Assembly (NCBI GenBank): GCA_951406725.2
Contig: OX597814.1
Coordinates: 168,578,001-168,642,000 of the forward strand
Length of the DNA stretch: 64,000 nucleotides
DNA from: Octopus vulgaris
Taxonomy: Eukaryota
Reading direction: 5' to 3'
Of this stretch, positions 12,620-25,199 are shown one piece after another (the stretch's first letter is position 1; each line of letters starts with the position of its first letter). The position numbers and the translations under genes are program-made. The notes under the pieces were generated by a model. That model searched no databases. It was not told the origin of the DNA and saw nothing but the letters and a program-made list of their open reading frames with translations.

Positions 12620-13768
12620 GGGTTGTTTTTAGTGTGGAAGTATAATTAGGAGGAGCTGCTGACCATAGAGAATGCATGGGATAAAGAAGGGCAACCTCAT
12701 TCTGATCCTACAAAGGGAGCAGCAATTCAAATTGGCAGCAGCATGGTAGATTAAGTGATCAAAGATGTGAAGAAAGGGGTAAGCTATGGGGTCATCAAGA
12801 ATAGGTGGAGAGATGCTCAAAATATTCAGTGAGTTATGGTACTACCCAAATAGTTATTGAAGTTATACAAGAAGAAGTTGTACCCAATAACTGGTGTTGC
12901 AGTATCATTATAAACCACTACAAAGGCAAAGGAGAAGCCTTAGAGACAAGTAGCTGTGAGTCAAGGTGATGAAGGTCACAGAGAGAATCATAGCATACTA
13001 GATATGATGCAGTTCAGCTTTATGCCTGGAAGAGTTACCACAGATGTAATCTTCTTGAGGAAGCAACTGCAGGAGAAATACTTAGCTAAGAGTAAGCCAT
13101 TGTTTCTGGCATTCATTGACTTGGAGAAAGAATGATGGTTCCATGTGTAGTAATTTGGTAATTACTAAGGAAAGTAAGTGTAGATGAATGGCCTGTGAGA
13201 GCTGTACAAATTATGTACAAAGACACAATAAAGTCTACACTGACTTCAATGATAAATTTTGTTTGGGGATTGGAGTACATCAAGGTTCAGTCTTCAGCTC
13301 CCTTCCATTCATTATATTTTTACAGGTTATCACAAAATAGTTTAAGACTGGATGTCCATGGGAACTCCTATAAACAGATGATCTAGTTCAAAAGTATAGC
13401 ATCCAGCTTTTTTTCTGTTGGAGTGCAGAGCAGATTGTATGATGCTACATTGTAATGAGACATGGACTTTCAATGCTGAGGATTTGAGAAGATTGGAAAA
13501 AAAAAATGAAAAGGGCATGCTCCATTAGATGTGAATGCAACTGTGCATAAATGATATAGTATATATATGTATGTATATATATATCTATATATATATATAT
13601 ATATATATACTACACTCACGTAGTGGTTGGCATTAGGAAGGGCATCCAGCTGTAGAAACATTGCCAGATCTGACTGGCCTGGTGCAGCCTTCGGGCTTCC
13701 CAGACCCCAGTTGAATCGTCCAACCCATGCTAGCATGGAAAGCGGATGTTAAACGATGATGATGATGA
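12620..13768 (+). pseudogene. RTE-clade LINE reverse-transcriptase pseudogene with (GAT)n-tailed 3' end
   Basis: QFSFMPGRVTTDVIFLRKQLQEKYLAKSKPLFLAFIDLEK, GVHQGSVFS and CPWELL*TDDL (YADD box). A (TA)n tract separates it from the 3' end at 13610-13768. Confidence 0.88.
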
Positions 13769-14133
13769 TATATATGTATATATGAGAAACAAATTGCATA
13801 ATCAAATTTAAGATAGAGATAGAATGGCAGGTGTTTTGAAGGGTGATTAGTAACATGGTCATCAACCTGAGTGATATGGAGTTATCTTAACAACATTATA
13901 AACCCTTGTGCAAAGTAATCCAACATGGCCCCATCTTATTTTACACTTTTTTATTATTACTTATATACCCTGTTACCCATAAAGAAAGATTAACCCACCA
14001 ATTAATATTTCTAGTTTAGTCATTTACTCAGTGGCCTAAAATATTACACAGCAAAATGGTATGATTCAAATATATTAAGCCTTCATTCCTCTTCTCAAGG
14101 CTCTTCTTCTTTTCTTTTATTTTATGTATTTTT

Positions 14134-14257
14134 CTTCACACTGATGAAGCTCCATATTCCAGATCGGATGCATTACAAAATATGATGAATATTATTTTCG
14201 GGATTTTCTTTGGCAACACTATAGGATATTGGAAGCAGAAACGGATGTTAGATGAAG
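14134..14257 (+). ncRNA. Type I hammerhead-ribozyme-like motif with extended stem II (probably degenerate)
   Basis: cttcaca-CTGATGA-a-gctccatattcc...ggatattggaagc-a-GAAAC-ggatgtt-agatgaag. Stem I cttca/tgaag; imperfect stem II of about 12 bp. Confidence 0.45.
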
Positions 14258-14484
14258 TAAAGTTTTGTATTAAAAAATAATAATCAATGGTAGTCAATTG
14301 TTGCGGATTAGGATTTCTCCATTTTCTGCTTAATTTAAATTATATGTATATATATATATATTTCGGAATGGTCATATTGCCAGTTTAGCCAATAAAAACA
14401 CATGCACTATATATTTGGTGTTATTTTGCTTCAGTGATATTTATTTTTTACATTAATCTTAATTTGCACAACAAATATTTAAAC

Positions 14485-14533
<49 letters not shown>

Positions 14534-15554
14534 TACATATATAATGTTGAGAGAGCATGAGAGAATGTGGTGATGTTGATTATGAATGCCAGCAACATGG
14601 ATAAAGGTAAATAACTCAGGACAACATTCTGAGTGGTCAGTACAAATATCATAGAGTATACCATATGTAATACAAGAAAGGAATTGACCTTTTGTCTTAA
14701 TGAAAGCTTTCAAATCGTTACATTACATACATGAAATCCTAGAGCATTTATATTTAGTATATAGAATGCTCCCCTGAGATAATTTTCCCCAGGCTTTTTT
14801 TTTATTGTTGCTTGTCATATTCAGTGTCTTTATATTTCTTCTTTTTCTGCACATGTTGGACCATTCTTTGTCTTTTCAACTAAATTTAACATGCTTCACT
14901 GAGGAAAACTAATAAGACAGAACCATGTCCATTGCTTTCAGCTGTTTGACAAGTTCTATACTAATCTGCATTGTTTTGCACTGTCCAAGAAATTCAGTTA
15001 ACTAAACTTATAGTTATGTGCCTTGCATGTTGCTTTTAGATTTTAAACAAATCTATAGGGCTGTAATTTTTTGTTTATTAGCTATTTGGATAATATCAGA
15101 TGGTTGAAGTTTTTTGTTTTAACTCAGAACATATGCTGTGCTCAAAAATTGTGCTTCTGAAACTTTCTTCGACAATTCATTTGCTAACATTTTTTTGTTG
15201 CCCTTATGTCAGAAAATTACCATATAAAATTGTTGTTGACAGGTTGATTACCATTAAAAGATGACTTGTATATTAATCATTTCATCAATATAATATGCAA
15301 TGCCAAAACAAAATTTTGGCCTCTAATATTACCAGATGATTTACACACAGTAAAAACTGAAAATATTCTTTGATTTTCATATACACCTCAGAGCTATCAG
15401 TTAAAACTTATCTATCTATTCTAAATTATAATTGTATTTTCTATACTTTCACACACACACACACACACGTGCATGCATGCACACACACAGACAGACACAC
15501 TCGCACACATGTTGATTTCTCTGCTTACATATAATTTTGTACATGTCTGTTTAA

Positions 15555-15743
15555 CCCTTTTGATTCCAACCTGGCTTGTTTTCAAAAGTACTAAATTAAA
15601 ATCTTCCACCAAACTTTAGTCACAATTTATGTTCCTAACACTAGCTTAATGATAACTAAGTTATTTTACTAATTTCTTTGATATATTTAAAATTAATTGA
15701 AAGAAACACAGAGCATCTCAACAGAAATATGGTAACAAAAGAG
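15555..15743. mobile_element. piggyBac-type MITE
   Basis: TTAA on both sides; ends cccttttgattcca / tggtaacaaaagag. Confidence 0.65.
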
Positions 15744-16080
15744 TTAAATACATGAATAGACTATGAGATTAGCAGATGTCACTTATAGCTAGAATTGACA
15801 ATTTCAAGCCTGTACATTTGCAAACATATGTAGACAGAAGTCAGCATTATGTAATGCCACAGGTGCAGTGGCTGTCTTTATTGCATGTATGGAAATACCC
15901 ATAAGGATTTGGTTGCCCAAGGCTAAAGTAAAAAACACTTGTTGAAGGTGCCACACACTGGGACAGAATCTGAAACTATGTGGGTTTTAAAGTGTGAAGT
16001 CTCATACTGTTGATGGTGTCTTGGTTGTTGTTATGACTGAGTAACAAACAGTTTATAGTAATATTACTTTAAAAGAAACA

Positions 16081-16503
16081 TCATCATCATCATCATTTAA
16101 TGTCCGCTTTCCATGCTAGCATGGGTTGGACGATTTTGACTGAGGGCTGGTGAGCCAGATGGCTGCACCAGGCTCCAATCTTGATCTGGCAGAGTTTCTA
16201 CATCTGGATGCCCTTCCTAACGCCAACCACTCCGAGAGTGTAGTGGGTGCTTTTTACGTGCCACCGGCATGGGGGCCAGTCAGGCGGCACTGGCAACGAC
16301 CTCGCTCAAATCTTTTTACACGTGCCACTGGCACAGGTGCCAGTGAAGCAACGCTAGTAATAATCACGCTCAAATGGTGCCCTTTTTCGTGCTACGGGTA
16401 CGGAAGCCAGTTGGCTGCTCTGGCAATGATCACGCTCAGATGGTGCTCTTAGCACCCTACTAGCACAGGCATAAGTGCCTGTAAGGCGACGCTGGTAACG
16501 ATC
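16081..16503 (-). mobile_element. RTE LINE 3' end (same family as 283-846)
   Basis: (CAT)n then ttaatgtccgctttccatgctagcatgggttggacg, the reverse complement of the LINE terminus. Internal repeated gtgccaccggcac-like subunits. Confidence 0.75.
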
Positions 16504-16929
16504 ATAAAACATATTTTCAATATAATATTTAAGTAAGAGACCCCCCCCCCCACAAACTGTACAGATGCATTTCTCATGCTCTCTCTACTACCCTGTTTGT
16601 GTTCAGTACCTTATAAAATTTTGAGTTGTTCTGCTTTACCATATTACAGTTATGTTCCCTTGAGGTATTTTTCTTCAGCCAAATAGTTTTTATCTTATAT
16701 GTCCTTTCTTTCTTTTAAAGACAGTTCCTCATGATTCAAGAAACTTATGGTTGTTATTTCTAGTAGGTTGAGCAACTGTGTATATTTATGCCTTTTCTTT
16801 GGCTAATTGGTAGTGAGTGGTGTTAGAAGTAGAAAAGTAGAAGTGATGAGCATAATGGTAGTAGCAGTGCTTGTGGATGTATGATAAGAAAGATTTATGA
16901 TGGTATAATAGAACAGGTGACTGGATGTT

Positions 16930-17160
16930 TCTTATTTCTTATTTCTTTATTGCCCACAAGGGGCTAAACATAGAGGGGGCAAACAAGGACAGACAAAGGG
17001 ATTAAGTCGATTACATCAACCCCAGTGCGTAACTGGTACTTAATATATCGATTCCGAAAGGATGAAAGGCAAAGTCAACCTCGGCGGAATTTGAACTCAG
17101 AACGTAACGGCAGACGAAATACCACCAAGCATTTCGCCCGGCATGCTAACGTTTCTGCCA
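16930..17160 (-). mobile_element. SINE family A with 16-bp TSD (1 mismatch)
   Basis: caggtgactggatgtt at 16914-16929 and caggtgactgtatgtt at 17159-17174. Confidence 0.85.
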
Positions 17161-17429
17161 GGTGACTGTATGTTGGCCCCAGGTGAACTCTTATCAGGTG
17201 ACCTCAGGTTAGCTTTAATCAAGTGGCCCCAGGTTAGTTCTAATGAAAAAATTCAACCAGTTCTGGTTAAATTACTCCAGTTATGACCATTACATCTAAT
17301 TTCAAAACAAATCATGTAGGATTGCTTCATTTCCTTTCTTGAGATAGTAAAGTGTAGTTGAGGGGATTTGGCTGCTATTTTTAGCAGGTTGATTGACTAT
17401 CTAAAGGCACTCTCATTAGTTAACCATAA

Positions 17430-17479
17430 TTAACAGTGATTGCAGTGGAGATGATGGTAGTAGTGGTGGTGTTGATGAC

Positions 17480-17569
<90 letters not shown>

Positions 17570-17811
17570 TGTAGTAGTTGTACAAAAGATAATAGTGGTT
17601 GCTGTAATGGTGCTGAATATAGCTGTGGTAGTTGTATTAGTTGTTGTAGTGGAGGTGATGGGCATACTAAGTGTGGTAGTAGTGGCAGTGGTGGTGAAAA
17701 AGAATTTGGTGAAAATAAGTAATCATAAATAACATGTTGATGATACTAGGATGGTGTGATTGCAAGGAGGTGGCACATAACAGTAGGTGTGGAAGTGGAA
17801 GTGATGCTGCA

Positions 17812-17842
<31 letters not shown>

Positions 17843-18095
17843 GTGGTGATGGTTGTAGTGGTGATGGTGGTGATAATGAGGAAGCTAATGGGGATGATAG
17901 AAATGAGGTTGGCAGTGGTAGTTGTAATGACAAGGATAACAATGTTGGTGGTGGCAGTGATGGTGGTGGCGATGGTAGTGGTAGATATGGTGGTGGTTTT
18001 AGTCATGATGTTGACGATGTTGATAAAAATGACGATGGCATGATGGTAGTGGTGGGGTGGTAGTGGTAGTGTTGATGTTTTTGGCGATGATAATG
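17430..18095. repeat. Trinucleotide low-complexity field ((GTA)n, (GCA)n, (GGT)n, (GAT)n)
   Basis: Directly visible. Confidence 0.9.
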
Positions 18096-18109
18096 TAGGT
18101 GATCACTTT

Positions 18110-18620
18110 GCAAAAAGATTGGCAAAGCTACAGTTGGCTTCAGGAAGCTCAGACCCACCTGGGAATAACAGACTTTGTCTACAAACACAAAACTTGGGAT
18201 CTTTTATATGAATATGTACAAAATATGGCGAATCACAAAGTTCTTTATCAACAGGCTTGAAATGTTTGTCTCTGGAGCAACATTTGAATGAAATGGCAAG
18301 ACAAATTCACAAACAAAGCCTTGTGGGAACAGGAGAAGAAACAAACAATCAAAACTGAGATCAAAAGGAGGAGATTGGATTGGCTGGGTGACACTCTGTG
18401 GAAATCTATTTCCTACATTACAAAGTGAGATCTACAATGGACACTGCAAGAGAGATGCAAGCATGGCAGGCCAAAAAACATTATAGAGAAGGTCCTAAGA
18501 AACTAATGCACCAGCAGGTGGGTACACTTGAGAACAACTGCAATCCATTACCAAAGATTGAGACATAAGGAAATATTTTGTTGGGGGCTAATGTTCCATT
18601 TGGAGTCAAAAGAATTAAGA
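18110..18620 (+). pseudogene. Degenerate RTE-like LINE C-terminal fragment
   Basis: KKIGKATVGFRKLRPTWE*QTLSTNTKLGIF...RRLDWLGDTLWKS...WTLQERCKHGRPK matches the RTE post-RT region. Confidence 0.7.
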
Positions 18621-20464
18621 AGAAAAATGCAAGAATTGAGACAATTGAGTTTAATGCCATCGTAAAAGATGATGACTGTTGTTATAAAACTGATAATGAT
18701 GAGTAATATTGAAGTGGGAATAGGGGATGTGTAATGATAATGATGATGATAATGATGATGAGGCTTATGGGGACGGAGATTATGATAGTAGTGGTACTGA
18801 TGATGGAGATTTTTTTTACAGTAGAATGTGATTAAAGGGAAAATTGGCTGGTACTTATGGGCTTATTGCAGCAGCAGCAGAAACAACAACAATAGTAGCA
18901 GCAGCAGCAGCAGCAGCAATATCAGTGTTGTTGTTGTTGTTGATGATGCTTAGTCTCTTGATCCTCTGATGGCAACCTTTTCTCTGTTGTATATGATAGA
19001 TGTTATGTTGGTACTTGAGAACGTGTCTAGTTTTTATCAGATTGGTTAATTCATAATTAGTGTTATAATTATGTTACATTGTGGAATAAAGTTTTGGATA
19101 CGTCTACAATTATGTTGTTGAATGTAAATAATGTAGTATAAATGAAGGGGATTTTGATAATGTTGAAGTCTGAAGATCATGGTTCTGTTTCTTAGTGGGA
19201 AGCTTGGGAGATTGTTTGACATATGGCTGCAGTGATCAGATGCGTAGAATAGCAAAGGTTATTCACTGAGTTGTTGTAGTGAGCTTTGTGAAATATATGG
19301 GTATGTTGATTTGCATTGCTCAGAATAAAAGAAAAGGAATTGAAGATGCTGTTTTGTTACCCATGTGTTATCTGTACTGTTTTAGTACCAGGATTGTATA
19401 TGCATAGATGAAAGTATTATGTATCTTGAGCTTGAATAGATAAATGTGTTTTGTTTTTTCTAATGTGTTTTTTTCTTCTTCAGTAACTAATCAAATTTCA
19501 ATGGTTTGTTGCTCAATCATATATCAATATGTTTGCTAATATTTTTGCTGGTATATATTGTCACAATGATCCCTACTTCAATCGGTTTAACAATCAGCAA
19601 GCTGAAATTCAAATTATGATCTGAGAAGTTTCAGCAATTAATAAAATACATATCCTCTAGATTGTCTTTAAATACTTTTCCCCTCATTTGCAAACACAAT
19701 CGTTTACAAATCAACATACACATACTTACTGATATTTACATGCACATAAATGTATATGTAAATTTGATTTGCTTAATAATTCTTTCATCACTACTTTGAC
19801 AAGCATTGTGAAGGTTATACTTTGTTGTGGAGGTCACAATAAGATTGGAATGTATTTGAAATTACTTCATACATGTCACTGGACAAAAATATTAGTAATT
19901 GAGTGATATTACTTTTTCTTTTGCTGTTTATATTTTTTCCATAGTTTTTAATGCTCTTGATATTAGAAATACTAACACAAACTTACATGTATGTATATGC
20001 AAAATTAAAAAAAAGCATTTGAATAATTTTCTAGATGGCCATTATTTTGACTTCAAAACCTCTTTCAGATGAGAAATTCTCATTTTTGTTTTTAATGTGT
20101 CTAAATTCTTGACCCTTGATGTATGTGTTGATATATGTAACAAGACAAAATATTAACCTCAATATAATGTCTGAAATGAATTTTAATAGATACATGTCAA
20201 CACAATGAAACTGGTATTCAAAATAGGGAAAAAAAAATTATGAATTATTATTTAAAGTATTACATTTTTAGATTACTTCAAGGCCATAAGTTGTCAAATG
20301 TGAGACATATTCGATGAAATATAATCTGATTTATGACTGATAAATATTTTATCAATCTCTGAATACAAGAAGATATAGGTTAATCATGGCAATATTTTAA
20401 AACTGCAAGCATAAAACACTAAAGAGACATAAATAAATATTGTTAAGCATTTAATATTGTTTAT

Positions 20465-21355
20465 AATGTAGGCATAAGACTTGCAGGATGTTAGTTTATT
20501 AAATGGACTCCAATTCTTGATAGGTACTTTGCTTTATCATTCTTGCAGGAGTGAAAAGCAAAGTTGACTTTAGCTGAATTAAAGACTCAGAACAAAGAAG
20601 TGTAATGAAATACCACAAGGTATTTTCTTTGATGCTCTAATGATTCTGCCAATCTGCTACCCTCATTATGCATTTATTAGTGGATTCTTATTTATTAGCA
20701 GAATTGTTAGTATGTCAGCTATAATAATGCTGTGCAGTATTTATGTTCTAAGTTCATATGCCATGGTGGTCATCTTTGCCATTCATTGTTGCAGGCTGAA
20801 TTAATTAATGCTTTAGCCAAGTAGAGGAGTTGATTGATTTAACTGCTCTGACCTTCTTGAAAATTTGTTGTCTTGTGCCATCAATGTTAGAAATCAAAAT
20901 GGTGCTCTGTCATTTCCACTTTTCACTGCTCTTATATGATTAGATATTGATTTCTAACTCAAAGACACAACCATACATTTTGGAAGAGGGTAAAGTGACT
21001 TAAATCAATCGCAGTCTTCAAATGGTGCTTATTTTGTCTCAGAGAGATGAAAGTTAAAGTCAGACTTAACAAGATTTGAACTCAAAATGTAAAGGGAAGT
21101 TACTAAATACCACATTATATTCAGTTGGAAACTCTACTGATTCTGCTAATTGTAATATTGGTTTCAAATTTTGGCACAAAGCCAGCAATTTCAGGGGAGG
21201 GTTAAGTCAAATACATTGACTCCAGTGTTCAACTGGTATTTATTTTATCCATCCCAAAAAGATGAAAGGCAAAGTCAGCCTCAGCGATATTAGAACTCAG
21301 AATGTAAAAACAGATGAAATGCTGTTGAGCTTGCTAACATTTCTGCCAGCTCATC
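20465..21355. mobile_element. Cluster of four old SINE family A copies (-,+,-,-)
   Basis: Degenerate matches to gatgaaaggcaaagtcgac and gaactcagaa motifs. Confidence 0.65.
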
Positions 21356-21899
21356 CCCCCACCCTTCTGCCATCATAATATTAATTATTGATTTAAACTT
21401 AGGTTTAAAATGCTCACACTATATGCAGAAGATGTGTGTGTGTGTGTCACACACACAAGGTGCCAAGCAGTGGGACTGAACCTGGAACCATGTGGCTGGT
21501 AAGCAAGCTACTTACCACACAGCCACTCCTTTGCCTGAATAAAAGAATTAAAATATGAATTAAGATAATAGTTAATTGCAATGGCAGCTACAGCAGTGTT
21601 CATTCTGGTGCACAGGTTATAGGTCAAAAAGAGCAAACCAGATTAGTTTGAGGATAAACCAAAGGAATGGAGGAAGTATGTAATGTCTGTATAGGTTTGT
21701 TGAGTTTGCTCAGGGATTTGCAAGAAACTCTTGGCCCTTGAGTCACTTTAATAAGCTCCTGCTGATTAAAAACAACGAAGAAGTTCATACCTGCATACAA
21801 ACATGCATGTATGCATTTATCTGTCTATCTACTTATTCATCTATCTATCTGTCTATATGTGTGCGTGCATATATAGTTATATATATATATATATATATG

Positions 21900-22130
21900 T
21901 ATTTCTTTACTATCCACAAGGGGCTAAACACAGAGGGGACGAACAAGGACAGACAAAGGGATTAAGTCGATTACATTGACCCCAGTGCGTAACTGGTACT
22001 TAATTTATCGACCCCGAAAGGATGAAAGGCAAAGTCGACCTCGGCGGAATTTGAACTCGGAACGTAACGACAGACGAAATACGGCTATGCAGGTCGCCCG
22101 GCGTGCTAACGTTTCTGCCAGCTCGCCGCC

Positions 22131-22131
<1 letters not shown>
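21900..22131 (-). mobile_element. SINE family A, young copy
   Basis: Near-identical to 55721-55956. Confidence 0.9.
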
Positions 22132-22173
<42 letters not shown>

Positions 22174-22187
22174 TATATGTATATATA

Positions 22188-22530
22188 GGCACAGGAATGG
22201 CTGTGTGGTAAGTAGCTTATTTACCAACCACATGGTTCAGGGTTCAGTCCCACTGCATGGCACCTTGGGCAAGTGTCTTCTACTATAGCCTCGGGCCGAC
22301 CAAAGCCTTGTGAGTAGATTTGGTAGACGGAAACTGAAAGAAGCCCATCATATATATGTATATATATATATATATGTGTGTGTATATCTTTGTGTGTCTG
22401 TGTTTGTCCCCCCCAACATTGTTTGACAACCGATGCTGGTTACAAAGAATAAGTCCTTGGGGTCGATTTGTTCGACTGAAGGCGGTGCTCCAGCATGGCC
22501 GCAGTCAAATGACCGAAACAAGTAAAAAGA
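22188..22530 (+). mobile_element. SINE family B with internal deletion
   Basis: Head, CORE-like motif and tail ...gaaacaagtaaaa present. Confidence 0.85.
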
Positions 22531-22892
22531 GAGACACGTGTATCCACATATGTTTTACATCTATTTGTGTATGACAAGACTCATATTGCATGCATATGCC
22601 TCGTGTTCAATAAAGAACTATTATTATTATTATCATTGTTATTATTGTTCTTGTGATTGCTATTGTGGTTGTTGTTGTTGTTTTTATCATCATCATCATC
22701 ATCATCATTGTTGATGTTGTTGTTATTGTTGTTGCTGTTATCATGATTATTATTAGAAAAGCTAACAAATATAGCATAAGTTTTATGAATTCTATAAATG
22801 TTTATGTGAGTAGTTTATTATCCAATTAAAACTTTCACGTTACGTTTGCTAAAAGGCCATGAATGAATGAGTCATATTAGTGGCCATGGATT

Positions 22893-23216
22893 GATATATA
22901 TATATATATATATATAATTGTATGCGTGTGTGTGTACTTATATGTATTACATACATGTGTGCATATATGTATGTGTGTATATATATGTATATGTATATAT
23001 ATATAATAGTATGTGTGTGTGTGTACATATATGTATTATATATATGTGTGTGTGTGTATATATATGTATGTGTGTATATATGTGTATATATATATATATA
23101 TATACATACATATACATATATACATATACATTCGTACATATGTATGTATGAATATACATATGTGCTTATATATGTATGTATACATATCTATATGTATATA
23201 TAAATATATATTAATA

Positions 23217-23273
<57 letters not shown>

Positions 23274-23310
23274 AGAGAGAAAGAGATAGAGAGAGAGAGA
23301 GAGAGAGGAG
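22893..23310. repeat. (TA)n/(TG)n/(GA)n microsatellite
   Basis: Directly visible. Confidence 0.95.
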
Positions 23311-23794
23311 ACAGAGAAAGGAAGAAAGAGAGAGAATGGGGAAAGAAACTTAAAGTTGGCACAGAAAAATTTACTGCAGTCCTGCATGAAACAACAACAA
23401 CAACAACACCAACAACTACAACAATATTATAGGGAAGGAAAAAGCAGAAAAAGAAAATAAAAGAAAAAAATGTCAATAATATAATACAATTACTACTTCA
23501 TATAAATAAAAAAAAAGAACTCACAAAAAGCAAAACAAAACAAAACAAAACGTGCTTCTTTTTCCACACAATTATTGCTGTTTCTTGTGCTATGTATCAC
23601 AAGATCAAAGATAAATGCTTACACCAAAATGGAGGCTGTGGTGATAGAGGTGATGATTGCAGTGGTGGTGGTGGTGGTGGTGGTGGTGATGATGGCAAGA
23701 GAAAAGGCCAGATGTGAGAGAGCGGTGTGGAGAAATGAAGTCTCATTGAATGAAGAGATTTATCTATACGCTACATGCAGAATGGATGAATTGA

Positions 23795-23875
23795 GTGACT
23801 GAATGAAAGAATAAAATAATCGATATATTTATATATTTATTGGTTGTGCGGAGGATAACTGTAAAGGGGGCGGGC
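23795..23875 (-). promoter_or_regulatory. Candidate Pol II core promoter (GC box, CCAAT, TATA, Inr)
   Basis: Minus strand: GC box 23867-23875, CCAAT 23843-23839, TATAAATA from 23833, Inr TCAGTC with A at 23800 (33 nt from TATA), GTAAGC donor at 23622. Confidence 0.3.
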
Positions 23876-23911
23876 ACTGCTCAAATTTAAGGTGCATACA
23901 CACAAGTAACA

Positions 23912-23981
<70 letters not shown>

Positions 23982-23994
23982 GTCTATCTATCTA

Positions 23995-24087
<93 letters not shown>

Positions 24088-24112
24088 GTGTCTGTCTGTA
24101 TGTCTGTCTCTC
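23912..24112. repeat. (TATC)n/(TGTC)n tetranucleotide microsatellite
   Basis: Directly visible. Confidence 0.95.
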
Positions 24113-24120
24113 TCCATAGT

Positions 24121-24292
24121 GGCAGGAGTGGCTGTGTGGCAAGAACCTTGCTCCCAACCACATGGTTCTGGGTTCAGTCCCACTGTGTGACACCTTGGAC
24201 AAGTGTCTTGTACCATAGCCTCAGGCTGACCAAAGCCTTGTGAGTGGACTTGGTAGACAGAAACTGAAAGAGGCCTGTTGTGTATATATGTA

Positions 24293-24360
<68 letters not shown>
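24121..24360 (+). mobile_element. SINE family B 5' half ending in (TG)n
   Basis: Head and CORE-like region match the family. Confidence 0.8.
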
Positions 24361-24363
<3 letters not shown>

Positions 24364-24601
24364 TGAATCTTGCTGGCATGAAGTGGATTCGATCCACCAT
24401 AGCCAAATTTAAATTAACACTTCAACAGAACTTTTCTCACTGTGCAACAATGTTTTTTTCTGTGACAGCAGTTTTACATTTTCCAGATGCCTTAGCTAGG
24501 ACAAAATAAAGTCTTCACCACTTGACTGTTCTAACCTCTTCTATTTCACCAAAAGCTGGAATTAAGATTACAAGACCAGCAACTAAATCTATTGTTCTCA
24601 A

Positions 24602-25199
24602 TGATATGTATATCCTTCTGGATAGTTATAAAAGCAAGAACCCCCAGCAAAAATCAGTTAATCACTTGGTGACAACTCAGTCACTTGGTGACAATTCAGT
24701 TAGTTAGTTGGTGACAACTCTCAAGTTGAGAGAGAGCTGACATCAGTTAGTGAACCGACCTCTAGAAAAATGGCCACAAGCAGACAGACAAACGGCCAGA
24801 AAAAAAGAAAGAAGTTTAGATTCAGCGACTATATGAGACTCAACTTCCCACACTCTCTCACTTTCACTAACTCACTTAGTCTTCTCTGCACATTAACATA
24901 TCTCTCTCTATGGTTTACTACTACGATAAGAACGTACAGGCCGAAATTACCTTGTTTTACTTCACATGCTTTTGGATTTTATCACCTGCCCAATGAGGCA
25001 AGGCATATTCGATGTAACGGTAAATAAATATTTTCTTCACAACTTCAATCAATGTTCTTTCATCTTTACATAACGACAATCAACGAAGAGCCAATCTTTA
25101 CAAACTGATAATGACGCCGACATCTCATATTATTGTTTACAATTTAATTTCAATCGTTACACTAATAGACCTCAACTGTTATACAAAATCATCGTTACA
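24602..25199 (+). mobile_element. Possible solo LTR
   Basis: Starts tgatatg and ends atcgttaca (25161 or 25199). Has internal ~19-bp tandem repeats (cacttggtgacaactcagt) and AATAAA. No clean TSD. Confidence 0.35.

Noticed and set aside
17734-18063. Gly/Asp-rich ORF resembling a structural protein
   Set aside because: Degenerate GGT/GAT triplet field with no splice or start context; overlapping frames are equally open
2635-19550. Isolated strong + strand splice acceptors (about 2654, 3850, 12282, 19483)
   Set aside because: Downstream frames close quickly or encode nothing recognisable; no consistent exon chain
24660-24720. Short direct repeats as a possible CRISPR array
   Set aside because: About 19-bp tandem units without unique spacers, eukaryotic context, no cas genes
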